64,000 nucleotides of DNA from positions 195,271 through 259,270 of the forward strand of contig BOKR01000001.1 of assembly GCA_016861085.1 (NCBI GenBank). The letters are read 5' to 3'. Numbering within the stretch: position 1 is the first letter of the stretch; each line of letters begins with the position of its first letter. The notes below the pieces were generated by a model. That model was not told the DNA's origin. It did no database searches and worked only from the letters and a program-made list of their open reading frames with translations. The translations under genes were made by a program, and so were the position numbers. Positions 18,682-28,213 of this stretch are shown one piece after another. This DNA comes from Patescibacteria group bacterium (lineage in GTDB: Bacteria > Patescibacteriota > Microgenomatia > UBA1400 > PJMF01).

Positions 18682-19554
18682 TTAGGCGAACTCAACTCGT
18701 TTTTTTGGCCTTTCAAGTTGAGAACTTCTATCTTCTCGTAAAAAAGAAATAGCCTGCTCAAGTCTAGAAGGCGTTGAAAAATTTTCTAGCAACAAAACTT
18801 TTCCTTCTCTCTGAATTTTTCTTTTAACTTCAATTGGTAATGTTTGAACATCAAAAGAAGGCAAAATGATTCCATCAACTTTCTCACGCAGAACCATACC
18901 TAAATCTGAAATTCTATCACCAACATAAATATATCTTTTATTTGGGAATTTATGTTTTGCTAAATACACAAGGTGCTCTCTAAACCAATCATCCTCACCA
19001 TGTAAAAAATATCCTCTGATAAAATCATCCTGCCCAAGATTTGCTTCACCATAGATAAGGTCATATAATCCCGACCTAAGAATTTTATCCTGAGCAATAC
19101 GATACGGATTCCCAGACGCTACAATAACATGACCTATCTCCACAGCCTTTTGAACAAATCTAAGAGCTCCAGGATTAAGTTCATATTTTGTTTCAGTCTC
19201 GAGGTTTCTCATGAGCTCAAAATAATATGAAACTGAGGCTGTTATGATATCTTTGGCTCGTAAGTTGATTTCTTGTCGATCGGGATCGTCTAACGTTTGA
19301 TAAACAGGAAGATGGTTTTTCTGTAGTAACCTATATAACCATCCTAAGTCGGTTGTTTCTCTAAGGTCTAAACTATCTTTAGGAAGTAAAGTTTTATTTA
19401 TTGGTGGATAGCCCCATTCAGCTCTACTTACAGTAACTAAGCTAATACAATACTCTATTCGTTTCATGTATGGTAAATCTGGGTTAGGATTTGCAGGGAG
19501 TAAGACACCATCAATATCAAGAATAATGAGGGTGTTCGTATTTTTACTATGCAT
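18682..19554 (-). CDS. HAD-superfamily hydrolase
   Basis: Motif I LDIDGVL near the N-terminus and motif IV YVGDRISD. The ORF finder extends to a TTG at 19584; the first ATG is at 19552-19554. Confidence 0.6.
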   Translation of the reverse strand: MHSKNTNTLIILDIDGVLLPANPNPDLPYMKRIEYCISLVTVSRAEWGYPPINKTLLPKDSLDLRETTDLGWLYRLLQKNHLPVYQTLDDPDRQEINLRAKDIITASVSYYFELMRNLETETKYELNPGALRFVQKAVEIGHVIVASGNPYRIAQDKILRSGLYDLIYGEANLGQDDFIRGYFLHGEDDWFREHLVYLAKHKFPNKRYIYVGDRISDLGMVLREKVDGIILPSFDVQTLPIEVKRKIQREGKVLLLENFSTPSRLEQAISFLREDRSSQLERPKKRVEFA

Positions 19555-19639
19555 GCTAGATATTGTACATTTCCATGTCAACAAATACCTTGTCTGAGTT
19601 ATAATAGAAAGAGATAAAGCGACAGCCTAAATTCTTTGT

Positions 19640-20293
19640 ATGACTATACATTTGCCTTTTTGGATACCCATTCACACAGTCCTTGCAACAAATCAAAAAA
19701 CTATTAAATCAGTTTTTTTTATTTTGTACCTGCTTGGTTTTTTAGGTATTGGTTTTGGTTTCTTTCTTTTTAACTCAAATCTAGAGCTATATGTCACTTT
19801 GGCAGAATTGGCAACTAAGTTTGGAACGATCTCGCTCTATCTTTTTTTGCTGACACTGGTGCCAGGAATTTTACAGCGGCTCAATGTTGTGGTGCTTTTG
19901 AGCACAAGTGTTGTGTTATTTAGAAGACAAATAGGAATAGTAATGTATATCCTTGCGTTGCTACATTCTTTTTATCTCTCAATCATCCCACAGGTAATGA
20001 CGAGCGATCTGCGTTTGCAAAATTTTGCAACCAGGGAAATATATGGTCTAATTGCAATATTGATTTTATTTCCAGTGTGGATCACGTCAAATGATGTGTC
20101 ACAAAAAAAGTTTGGAAGATTTTGGAAATCAATTCAACGACTTACGTATATAGCAATGTTTTTTATCTACTTACATGTTGCCGCAATTGAAAAATCTGCA
20201 CAGTTATTAACTGCCATCGTTATATTGCTTGAGATTATTTCTTGGATTAAGATTTGGTTAAGAAGACCGACTAGAACCAATTTAACTTCTTAA
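19640..20293 (+). CDS. Hypothetical polytopic membrane protein
   Basis: 217 aa with 5-6 hydrophobic helices. No motifs. Confidence 0.35.
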   Translation: MTIHLPFWIPIHTVLATNQKTIKSVFFILYLLGFLGIGFGFFLFNSNLELYVTLAELATKFGTISLYLFLLTLVPGILQRLNVVVLLSTSVVLFRRQIGIVMYILALLHSFYLSIIPQVMTSDLRLQNFATREIYGLIAILILFPVWITSNDVSQKKFGRFWKSIQRLTYIAMFFIYLHVAAIEKSAQLLTAIVILLEIISWIKIWLRRPTRTNLTS

Positions 20294-20818
20294 AAATTGT
20301 TTAATGACACCATTGGCTCTGCTCTCAAAGCTGACTCCGAGGCGCTCTAATACTATACCCTTTAAAATGGTATGTGTCATGCCAGGAATGGAGTGACTTT
20401 CTTCTCTGGCACTCTGAAATTTTTGTTCTTCGTTTAAACTCCAGACGTTATGTTGCCAGAGACAAGAACTTTGACCTTGAATTTCTATCGATTCAATATA
20501 ACCGATTGTTCCTTGAGCGGTCAGGTAGATCCAAACTCTGAGGGTATATTCAGCACTTTTTTTTCTGCCCTTCTCACCATTCTTTACGGTGGTTTTTCCT
20601 TTTGTTTCTTCGTGAAACAACTGGAGACCATCAAAGGTATTCCCGCTGCTTAATTGAGCATACTGCTCAGGAATATGAATTACTGCCTGCTTTTGTGTGA
20701 TCTTTTCTTTTAAATTAGTTTGAGAAGCGAACTTTACCAGCAGCCAACTAATCCTGTTCAAAAATCCATGTAGTGTGTCTTGTTGTCCTTCGATTTCATG
20801 TCTTAGTAGTTTTTTCAT
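20282..20818 (-). CDS. Hypothetical protein
   Basis: 178-aa ORF with no recognisable motifs. Confidence 0.35.
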   Translation of the reverse strand: MKKLLRHEIEGQQDTLHGFLNRISWLLVKFASQTNLKEKITQKQAVIHIPEQYAQLSSGNTFDGLQLFHEETKGKTTVKNGEKGRKKSAEYTLRVWIYLTAQGTIGYIESIEIQGQSSCLWQHNVWSLNEEQKFQSAREESHSIPGMTHTILKGIVLERLGVSFESRANGVIKQFLRS

Positions 20819-20901
20819 ATCAGTCCTTTACTATACTCACGAAGTATAGTTGTACGTAAATTCGGTTTACTTGTCAAATCGTGATAAAATATAGCTTCAT
20901 T

Positions 20902-22059
20902 ATGAAGCAAAAATCGTATTATATTCATACTTTTGGTTGCCAATCCAATAAAAGTGATTCTGAGCGCATCGCTGGAGACTACGAAGCTCGTGGATTTGTG
21001 GAAGCAAAAAACTGGCGAGAATGTGACGAACTGATTGTGAATACTTGTGCTGTTCGTCAACGAGCTGAAGACAGAGCGCGTGGGTTCTTATATAACGTTG
21101 TAGTGTATTTTCATGACAAAGGTTTACAAAGACCAAAAATTATTTTAACTGGTTGTATGGTGCATCATGGCAATGAGAAGTTGTACGAGATGATGCCAAT
21201 GATCGATGAAATTTTGCCAATCAATGAAGTTGGATTTAATAATGCAACGGTTAGGAAAGACAAAAAAAATGCATGGATTCCAATCTCAGTTGGTTGCAAT
21301 TCATTCTGTACATACTGTATTGTGCCCTACTCTCGTGGTCGTGAAAAATCTCGAAGCATGGAATCAATTTTGCAAGAAGTAGAAAAACTTGCAAATGAAG
21401 GATTTGAAGAAATTACATTATTGGGAATGAATGTTAATTCTTGGGGTTTAGAAAAACTAGGGATTGGCTTTAGAAAATTGATGATGGAAAACAAGAATTT
21501 CACAAGAGAAGATTTGCCCGATAATCAATCTCAATATTTACAGCCAGAAGGTACACCTCCTTTCGTAAAATTGTTGCAGGAAGTTTCAAAATTTGATCAA
21601 ATCAAAAAAATTAGGTTTATGAGCAGTAACCCATGGGATTTTCACGATGAGTTAATTGCAGAAATTGGTAGAAATAAAAAAATTGACAGATATGTTCACT
21701 TACCAATTCAATCTGGAAGTAATGGAGTTTTGTACCGAATGAACCGTGGTTATACAAAAGAGCGATATGTTGAAGTTGTTGAAAAATTGCGGAAAGCTGA
21801 TCCAGAGATTGTGATTGGTACCGACATTGTGGTTGGCTTTGCAAATGAGTCTGAAGCAGAGTTTGAGGAAACGGTAGCTTTGGCAAAACAAATTGATTGG
21901 AAAGTTGGATTTGTGGCAATGTATTCTCCCCGTCCTGGGACAGCTGGCTGGAGAATCTACCCAGACAACATTCCACATAAAGAAAAGAAACGTCGTTGGG
22001 AAATTTTGGACCAAATAATCAATAAAGATAACTTACATCAGCGACCAATTGTGATTTAG
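20902..22059 (+). CDS. miaB: tRNA methylthiotransferase, MiaB/RimO family radical SAM
   Basis: N-terminal MTTase Cys motif (HTFGCQSN), radical-SAM CxxxCxxC (CNSFCTYC), and miaA immediately downstream. The first ATG is at 20902; the ORF finder began at a GTG at 20881. Confidence 0.8.
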   Translation: MKQKSYYIHTFGCQSNKSDSERIAGDYEARGFVEAKNWRECDELIVNTCAVRQRAEDRARGFLYNVVVYFHDKGLQRPKIILTGCMVHHGNEKLYEMMPMIDEILPINEVGFNNATVRKDKKNAWIPISVGCNSFCTYCIVPYSRGREKSRSMESILQEVEKLANEGFEEITLLGMNVNSWGLEKLGIGFRKLMMENKNFTREDLPDNQSQYLQPEGTPPFVKLLQEVSKFDQIKKIRFMSSNPWDFHDELIAEIGRNKKIDRYVHLPIQSGSNGVLYRMNRGYTKERYVEVVEKLRKADPEIVIGTDIVVGFANESEAEFEETVALAKQIDWKVGFVAMYSPRPGTAGWRIYPDNIPHKEKKRRWEILDQIINKDNLHQRPIVI

Positions 22060-22079
22060 CTGAGAGTAAAAGGAATATC

Positions 22080-23066
22080 ATGTCTATACAACATGAACAA
22101 AAAATAAACAAAATAGTTTCTGTGGTTGGTCCAACTGCTTCAGGGAAGACTCATTTTGCTCTTAAAATTGCCCAGCAGGCATTGAACGCTTTGAATGAAA
22201 TAAGATTTTCTGGCATCGATATCATTTCCGTTGATTCAAGACAGGTCTACAAAGGTTTAGAGATTCTCACTGGTGCTGATATCCCCAATGGATTTGAACA
22301 AGTAGCAGCGCATGGAAATTTTGAATTTCCTTACTTTAGAAATACCAGTCTGCCAATTTCATTGCATGGTATTTCAATTATTGATTTTAAACAAGAATGG
22401 TCAGTTGCGCATTTCAAAGATTTTGCAACAAAAATTATTTTAAACAGTTTTGAAAATAATCGATTACCAATTCTCGTTGGTGGCACAGGTTTATATCATC
22501 AATATCTATTTAGTTCAGATAGTAATTTATATGTTCCACCAAACGCTCGTGTCAGAAAAGCAGCCGTTCACTTAGGACTCAATGAGTTGCAACATTGGCT
22601 GGAAAAAGTAGCCGCAAAAAAACTCGCAGAAATGAATAATTCTGATAGAAACAATCCAAGAAGATTGGTAAGAGCTATCGAAATTGCTTTGGGAGCACCA
22701 AATACTACACAAACACTCAGTTTACCAGCGAATCATTGGAGAGAAATGTATGGAATGAATGTGCCTTTGGAACAGCTACAAAGCAACATAGTGCTAAGAG
22801 TTAAAGAGCGATTCAGGAATGGTGCTATTACAGAAGTTAAGACCCTTTTACAAGCTTGTGAGAAACAAGATCTGCCAATCTGTTCGACCTTGGGTGTTGG
22901 TGATATTTCGGATTTTTTGTCTGGAAAGAGCAGTGAAAAGGAATGCCAAGAGAACTGGGCTCTGCATGAGTTCCAGTATGCCAAGCGCCAATTAACCTGG
23001 TTTCAAAAACAAAAAGACATTATTTGGTTGGACGATTTGCAAAAAAAACAGTATACTTTTAGGTAA
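22080..23066 (+). CDS. miaA: tRNA dimethylallyltransferase
   Basis: P-loop GPTASGKT and the DSRQVYKGLEILTG signature. Confidence 0.85.
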   Translation: MSIQHEQKINKIVSVVGPTASGKTHFALKIAQQALNALNEIRFSGIDIISVDSRQVYKGLEILTGADIPNGFEQVAAHGNFEFPYFRNTSLPISLHGISIIDFKQEWSVAHFKDFATKIILNSFENNRLPILVGGTGLYHQYLFSSDSNLYVPPNARVRKAAVHLGLNELQHWLEKVAAKKLAEMNNSDRNNPRRLVRAIEIALGAPNTTQTLSLPANHWREMYGMNVPLEQLQSNIVLRVKERFRNGAITEVKTLLQACEKQDLPICSTLGVGDISDFLSGKSSEKECQENWALHEFQYAKRQLTWFQKQKDIIWLDDLQKKQYTFR

Positions 23067-23070
23067 GACT

Positions 23071-24084
23071 ATGAAAAAACTGTTTTTTAGCGATCACATG
23101 GTAAGTATTTCCCCTTTTTCGATTATGTTTGCGATACTCTTCATACTGGGTTTGTATGGCGTGTATTATATTCGATCCGTTTTGGTTCTCATTTTTTTAT
23201 CTTTCATTTTGATGGTGGCGCTTAATCCGATTGTGAGGTTTTTAAACACCAAAGTTAAGATCCCAAAAATCCCGAGTATTGCGATAGCGTATTTTTTAGT
23301 GTTGCTTGGTTTCACTGCGCTACTTGGAGCCTTAATTCCCCCATTAGCCCGTGAGGTTGTTCAACTTATTAATAATCTCAATCTTCCTTTTTTACAGGAG
23401 TCTTTACGGTCGTTCAATTTTACTTTGCAAGAACTGAGTAATGTGGTCAGTAACTTTGGTGGCGGATTTAATGTCGTATTTAACGTTGTAAATATGACAT
23501 TCACTGGGGTATTTACAGTATTTACTGTTGTAGTTTTATCTTTTTATTTGATGCTTGAAAGGTCAGACTTACACAAAAAGGCAATTTGGTTTACCAGAAG
23601 AACTGAGTACATTACTCAGTTTAAGGATTTTATTGATTCTGTCGAGGTACAGCTGGGTGGTTGGGTTCGGGCACAGTTGATTTTAATGCTCTCCATTTTC
23701 ACTATCACCTTAGTGAGCTTGAGTTTGATCTCTGTTCCTTACGCATTGCCATTAGCACTTTTAGCCGGATTTCTAGAAATTGTGCCTAATCTAGGACCAA
23801 CAATTGCAATGATCCCAGCAGCATTCATAGCATATATAACGTTTGGGCCAGTCATGTGTGGAATTGTTATTTTGTTATACATAGTTATTCAGCAGTTAGA
23901 AAATAACATCTTGGTTCCAAAGGTGATGCGTGAAAGCGCTAATGTTAATCCACTTATTTCTATTGCAAGCATTTTAATTGGTCTTAAAGTCGGTGGTATT
24001 ATGGGTGCATTGCTTGCCATTCCCATTTACATACTGGGAAGAACAATATTTTCGACCTTTATTCAACCTAAAATTAGAGATTAG
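23071..24084 (+). CDS. AI-2E family transporter (UPF0118/PerM-like)
   Basis: 8-TM protein with the LGGWVRAQLIL..EIVPNLGPTIAMIPAA family signature. Confidence 0.75.
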   Translation: MKKLFFSDHMVSISPFSIMFAILFILGLYGVYYIRSVLVLIFLSFILMVALNPIVRFLNTKVKIPKIPSIAIAYFLVLLGFTALLGALIPPLAREVVQLINNLNLPFLQESLRSFNFTLQELSNVVSNFGGGFNVVFNVVNMTFTGVFTVFTVVVLSFYLMLERSDLHKKAIWFTRRTEYITQFKDFIDSVEVQLGGWVRAQLILMLSIFTITLVSLSLISVPYALPLALLAGFLEIVPNLGPTIAMIPAAFIAYITFGPVMCGIVILLYIVIQQLENNILVPKVMRESANVNPLISIASILIGLKVGGIMGALLAIPIYILGRTIFSTFIQPKIRD

Positions 24085-24113
24085 ACTGTAATAGTCCTCT
24101 TTACTTTCTATGT

Positions 24114-24490
24114 TATAGGATATATAATAGCATTTGGTTTACATTCGAGACAATGGCTTTTACCTTGTGTAAAAGAGGAAAGTCCGGACAGCTGAACAGA
24201 GGGTGCTTTGCGAAGCGTAAGCGAGCAAAGGGCAAGGAAGCAATTTCTTGGACAGTTAGAGCAACAGTGACGAATTGGGGTTGCGCCCAAGTGAAACGAC
24301 CCGAGCTTTACGGGTGCAGATGATTACTTTTGTTTTCATCAGCGGCAATCCTCCCTGCTGCAACTGACGAATTTCACCGCTTAATGGATCTGTTCCCCAT
24401 TCGCTTTTGGTGGATCGGTGATAAAGTCTCAGGCATAGATAGATCATTGTCAAATACAGAATCCGGCTTATTGAATGTCAACTATTATCA
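24114..24490 (+). ncRNA. rnpB: RNase P RNA (bacterial type A-like)
   Basis: P4 5' strand AGAGGAAAGTCCGGAC and P4 3' strand ACAGAATCCGGCTTA, with a P1 helix (ATAATAG/CTATTAT and ACATTC/GAATGT). Length is about 377 nt. Three reported ORFs (24108-24533) fall inside it and are spurious. Confidence 0.8.
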
Positions 24491-24494
24491 GGAA

Positions 24495-24527
24495 ACGTCA
24501 GTCAAAATTGAGACTGACGTTTTTTGT
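24495..24527 (+). terminator. Rho-independent terminator after rnpB
   Basis: Perfect 10-bp hairpin AACGTCAGTC-aaaattga-GACTGACGTT followed by TTTTTT. Confidence 0.8.
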
Positions 24528-24564
24528 ATTTAAGCCGTATAATGGAAAAAAATAAGGAGTGTTT

Positions 24565-25257
24565 ATGACAGCAAAATTATATGAAACATTAGTATTTTTA
24601 AGTAACCAAGTCTTAACTGATTTGGTGATTTTTCTTCCAAAACTTATTACAGCTTTTTTAGTTTTGGTTGTTGGGGCTGCTCTTGCTAGAACATTTAAAA
24701 AGGTTGTTGTTAAATTAATGGAAGCTTTACGACTTTCAAAAGCATTTCAAAAAACACCAGTTGAACACTTTCTTGCAGATGCAGAACTAGGTGGGAAGGT
24801 CGAAGAAATCGTTGGATCAGTTCTCTACTGGTTAGTGATGCTTGTTGTTATTCATACAACGGTCAGCATCTTAGGACTGACTTCTCTCACTGTTTTAATT
24901 GGTAGAATTTTAGCGTATTTACCAAGTCTTTTCTCAGCACTCATTATTCTATTCTTTGGATTGCTGATCGCAGGTATTGTTGAGAGTTTGGTGAAAGGTG
25001 CAATCAAAAGTGTTGATGGAAGAAGTTCAAGATTACTTGGAAAAATTTCATCTTACTCTGTTATGGCAGTGACAGTTCTTGCTGCTATCAGTGAACTTGG
25101 AATAGCACAAGAATTTATTTTTATTCTGTTTGTTGGGTTTGTTATTATGGTTTCTTTAGCTTTTGGTTTAGCTTTTGGTCTTGGTGGAAAAGATGTAGTG
25201 AACATGGCTCTCACTGAGTGGTATAAGAAAACAAAGTCTGAGGTATCAAAGAAGTAG
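24565..25257 (+). CDS. Membrane protein with two 'conserved TM helix' repeats of the kind seen N-terminal to MscS-like channels
   Basis: Two repeats of the pattern LPKLITAFLVLVVGAALAR../LAYLPSLFSALIILFFGLLIAGIVE... AAGGAG Shine-Dalgarno 6 nt upstream of the ATG at 24565. Confidence 0.45.
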   Translation: MTAKLYETLVFLSNQVLTDLVIFLPKLITAFLVLVVGAALARTFKKVVVKLMEALRLSKAFQKTPVEHFLADAELGGKVEEIVGSVLYWLVMLVVIHTTVSILGLTSLTVLIGRILAYLPSLFSALIILFFGLLIAGIVESLVKGAIKSVDGRSSRLLGKISSYSVMAVTVLAAISELGIAQEFIFILFVGFVIMVSLAFGLAFGLGGKDVVNMALTEWYKKTKSEVSKK

Positions 25258-25273
25258 TTAGAATTTTTCACCT

Positions 25274-26041
25274 ATGAATTTTTTTCAAGCGGCAGTTCTG
25301 GGTGTGGTTCAAGGATTTTCGGAGTTTTTACCCGTCTCAAGTTCTGGACACCTGGTGTTAGTACAAAACTTTTTTGGTATAACAGAAGACGGCCTAGCCT
25401 TTGATGTGTTTCTGCATTTTGCAACCTTGCTAGCAGTTATCATTTACTTTAGAAGTGATCTCCTTAAACTATCAAAAAAAATGATCTATGCAATTTTTAT
25501 TGCAAGTATACCAGCTGGATTAGTAGGTATATTTTTAGAAGATTACATTACTGCAGCGTTTAACTCTCTCACGTTAGTTGGGGTTGGATTGATAATCACT
25601 GGGATTTTTAACTTTATAACTGAACACAGACTAAAGTCTGCAAAAGACCCAAAAACGTCTATAAGTACTACTCAAGCGTTAATAATAGGTTTGTTTCAGG
25701 CGTTTGCAGTACTACCTGGTGTTTCAAGGTCTGGATCTACCGTTTTTGCTGGAGTATCACAAAACCTAGAAAGAAAACTTGCATTCCGGTTTTCTTTTAT
25801 TATGTCATTACCCGTAGTGTTTGGTGCTAATTTAATTCATGTTTCTAGAATAGTTAATGGAAATAGCTATGAGGGAAATCTTTTTGCACTAATGATAGGT
25901 GGAGCTTTAGCTTTTATTACTGGATTACTTAGTCTAAAAATTCTTGAAATCGTAATGGTTAAAGCAAAGATGAACTATTTTGGGATGTATTGTACTGTTA
26001 TTGGTTTACTTGTGATCTTGTTTAGTATATTACAGTTCTAA
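25274..26041 (+). CDS. uppP: Undecaprenyl-diphosphatase
   Basis: GFSEFLPVSSSGHL and PGVSRSGST motifs. 8 TM helices. Confidence 0.9.
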   Translation: MNFFQAAVLGVVQGFSEFLPVSSSGHLVLVQNFFGITEDGLAFDVFLHFATLLAVIIYFRSDLLKLSKKMIYAIFIASIPAGLVGIFLEDYITAAFNSLTLVGVGLIITGIFNFITEHRLKSAKDPKTSISTTQALIIGLFQAFAVLPGVSRSGSTVFAGVSQNLERKLAFRFSFIMSLPVVFGANLIHVSRIVNGNSYEGNLFALMIGGALAFITGLLSLKILEIVMVKAKMNYFGMYCTVIGLLVILFSILQF

Positions 26042-27019
26042 TTTTCTATATTGTAAAGCTTCAGCAATATTTTCAACTGAGATTTCACTCTTCTGGGAAA
26101 GATCTGCAATCGTTTGGGCTACTTTGATAATTCTAAAGAACGACCGCGTTGAAAGCTGGTACTTTTGATTTGATCGTTTGAGTAATTTTTCTGCTTCTAT
26201 TGTTAGGTTACAAAATTTACTTATTAATCTCGTTGTCAGTTGGCTATTAGTTAAAATACATTCATCTTTATATCTCTCAACTTGTATTCTTCTAGCTATC
26301 CCCACTTTTTTTCTTATGTCGCTTGAAGTAGCATTTTGTTGCAGACTTGTTGTGGTTAACAATTTAGTTTCAACTGGCTGAACGAAGACCCTTATATCAA
26401 TTCTATCTATGATTGGTCCGGACATTTTTTTCTTGTACGCGATGTACTGATTCTGTGTACATGAACATGTTTTCATTTGACTGAATCGGTAACCACAAGG
26501 ACAGGGATTACTTGCTGCTATCAGCATACATTCACAAGGGTATGTTGAGTTGCCTGATATTCTTGAAATTGTGATAGTCCCATCTTCAAGTGGTTGTCGT
26601 AAGGATTCTAATATATTTGTTGGAAATTCAAAAAATTCATCCATGAATAGAATTCCCCTATGAGCGAGTGATATTTCACCAGGGTTGAGTGATTTTCCTC
26701 CTCCAATCATTGCTGTACTAGAAATAGTATGATGTGGTGTTCGAAATGGTCTTTGTGAAATAAGATTCCGATCTAGTAAACCTGAAATTGAGTAAATACT
26801 ATTTACTGCAAGTAATTCCTCTGACTCTAAATCAGGTAGAATACTCACTATAGATTTAGCGAGCAAACTTTTTCCAGTTCCCGGTGGTCCAGTCAATAGA
26901 ACGTTATGGCCACCAGCTGCTGCAATTTCCAATGCACGTTTAGCTTCATGTTGCCCGTAGATTTCCTCAAAAGTATACTGGAATGATGTTTCACTGATTT
27001 TTATTGGTTTTTTCTTCAA
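26030..27019 (-). CDS. comM: Mg-chelatase-like AAA+ ATPase ComM/YifB, C-terminal 329 aa
   Basis: Walker A (LLTGPPGTGKS), AAA+ core, Cys cluster (PCECMLIAASNPCPCGY) and a C-terminal ChlI-like region. It is separated from the N-terminal fragment by one in-frame TAA. The fragment frame begins on a TTG. Confidence 0.75.
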   Translation of the reverse strand: MKKKPIKISETSFQYTFEEIYGQHEAKRALEIAAAGGHNVLLTGPPGTGKSLLAKSIVSILPDLESEELLAVNSIYSISGLLDRNLISQRPFRTPHHTISSTAMIGGGKSLNPGEISLAHRGILFMDEFFEFPTNILESLRQPLEDGTITISRISGNSTYPCECMLIAASNPCPCGYRFSQMKTCSCTQNQYIAYKKKMSGPIIDRIDIRVFVQPVETKLLTTTSLQQNATSSDIRKKVGIARRIQVERYKDECILTNSQLTTRLISKFCNLTIEAEKLLKRSNQKYQLSTRSFFRIIKVAQTIADLSQKSEISVENIAEALQYRKLEL

Positions 27020-27046
27020 AGGTGCTAATCGTGATAGCTTTTGTAT

Positions 27047-27538
27047 TTATAACAAATCTTTCAAATGTGAAATTGCATAGACAGTAATTCCCTCAATAAT
27101 GCTTATTTCAATTTCATTATCTTTAGGGATAACTACTTTAGTACAACCAATTTTTTTAGCGTGAAGTAGTAGCGGTACTATACCTCTTACTTTTTTAATG
27201 CTGCCATCTAACGATAACTCGCCAAAGAACAATGTGTGTGAGATATCATATCCGATTACTGTATAGGCTTTCAGCATTGCGATAGTGATTGCTAAGTCAA
27301 ACCCAGTACCTGACTTTTTTATATCAGCAGGAGCTAAATTAACAACAGTTCTCTTTGCTTTGGGAATTATCCCACAATTAAGTAGTGCAGAAGTAATTCT
27401 CTCTTTTGATTCACTAACAGCTTGTGTTGCTAAACCAATAATAATGAGTTGGGGTTTCCCACGACTCAAATCTACTTCTACTCTGACTGTGGAGGATTCC
27501 AGACCTGAAATGGTGGCGGTGTTTGCGCATGCAAGCAT
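27047..27538 (-). CDS. comM: ComM/YifB N-terminal (Lon-like/ChlI N) domain fragment, 163 aa. It is in frame with 26030..27019 and ends at a TAA at 27047-27049.
   Basis: MLACANTATISGLES..VRVEVDLSRG is the typical YifB N-terminus. Both fragments share one reading frame and are separated by the TAA plus 9 sense codons. Confidence 0.7.
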   Translation of the reverse strand: MLACANTATISGLESSTVRVEVDLSRGKPQLIIIGLATQAVSESKERITSALLNCGIIPKAKRTVVNLAPADIKKSGTGFDLAITIAMLKAYTVIGYDISHTLFFGELSLDGSIKKVRGIVPLLLHAKKIGCTKVVIPKDNEIEISIIEGITVYAISHLKDLL

Positions 27539-27580
27539 ACCTCAACTATACGAGGTAATTCTTACAAGAAGTGTAGGACC

Positions 27581-28201
27581 TTATTTTTGCAGCGTATCTT
27601 CTGGTTTGAATGTTGTATTGTACCCGGGATTATTCTGGGGTCTGAACTGATTTGGATATTCGATATCAGATTTTACAGCATGAGAGATTTCTTTGAAGAA
27701 TTTAAACACTTCATATGGATCTGCAATATGACTCAAAGTATATGGTCGTTGAGACATACCATTTTTTGTGTATACGACTGTGCCTGCTGTAGAAATCTGG
27801 ATACTACCTGATTTTCTGCCAAACAAGATATCCAAGAGTCCAACTTTTACATCTGCATTTGTCACTTTATCAAAATCAATGATTTGAAAATCTCTACCAA
27901 TAAGTCCTTTTTGGAATAGAACTCGTTTATTGGTAATCATATAAAATATGTGTCTATATACCAAAGCTGTATATAGTGGTGCACCAAAAACGAATAGAAA
28001 TCCAATCCAAAAATGAGGGAACAGTATCATAAAGTAATTTCCAGATTTAATTCCTTGGATCAGTGGAACACTTCCAGCAGCCATGAATATCAGTCCAAAA
28101 ATAATACCGGCAAAACTACTAATGAAGAATGGCCAGAACGCAGGTTTACCCTCCCATAGTATTTCTTCACCAGAATTAAGAATTTTATTGAGTTCGTTCA
28201 T
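27581..28201 (-). CDS. Membrane protein with a bacterial PH domain (bPH_2/YdbT-like)
   Basis: Two TM helices followed by ITNKRVLFQKGLIGRDFQIIDFDKV, the bPH_2 signature. Confidence 0.55.
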   Translation of the reverse strand: MNELNKILNSGEEILWEGKPAFWPFFISSFAGIIFGLIFMAAGSVPLIQGIKSGNYFMILFPHFWIGFLFVFGAPLYTALVYRHIFYMITNKRVLFQKGLIGRDFQIIDFDKVTNADVKVGLLDILFGRKSGSIQISTAGTVVYTKNGMSQRPYTLSHIADPYEVFKFFKEISHAVKSDIEYPNQFRPQNNPGYNTTFKPEDTLQK

Positions 28202-28213
28202 AATTGCTTTCTT

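Noticed and set aside
24108-24533. Three short ORFs (60-67 aa)
   Set aside because: They fall inside RNase P RNA and its terminator, so they are spurious.
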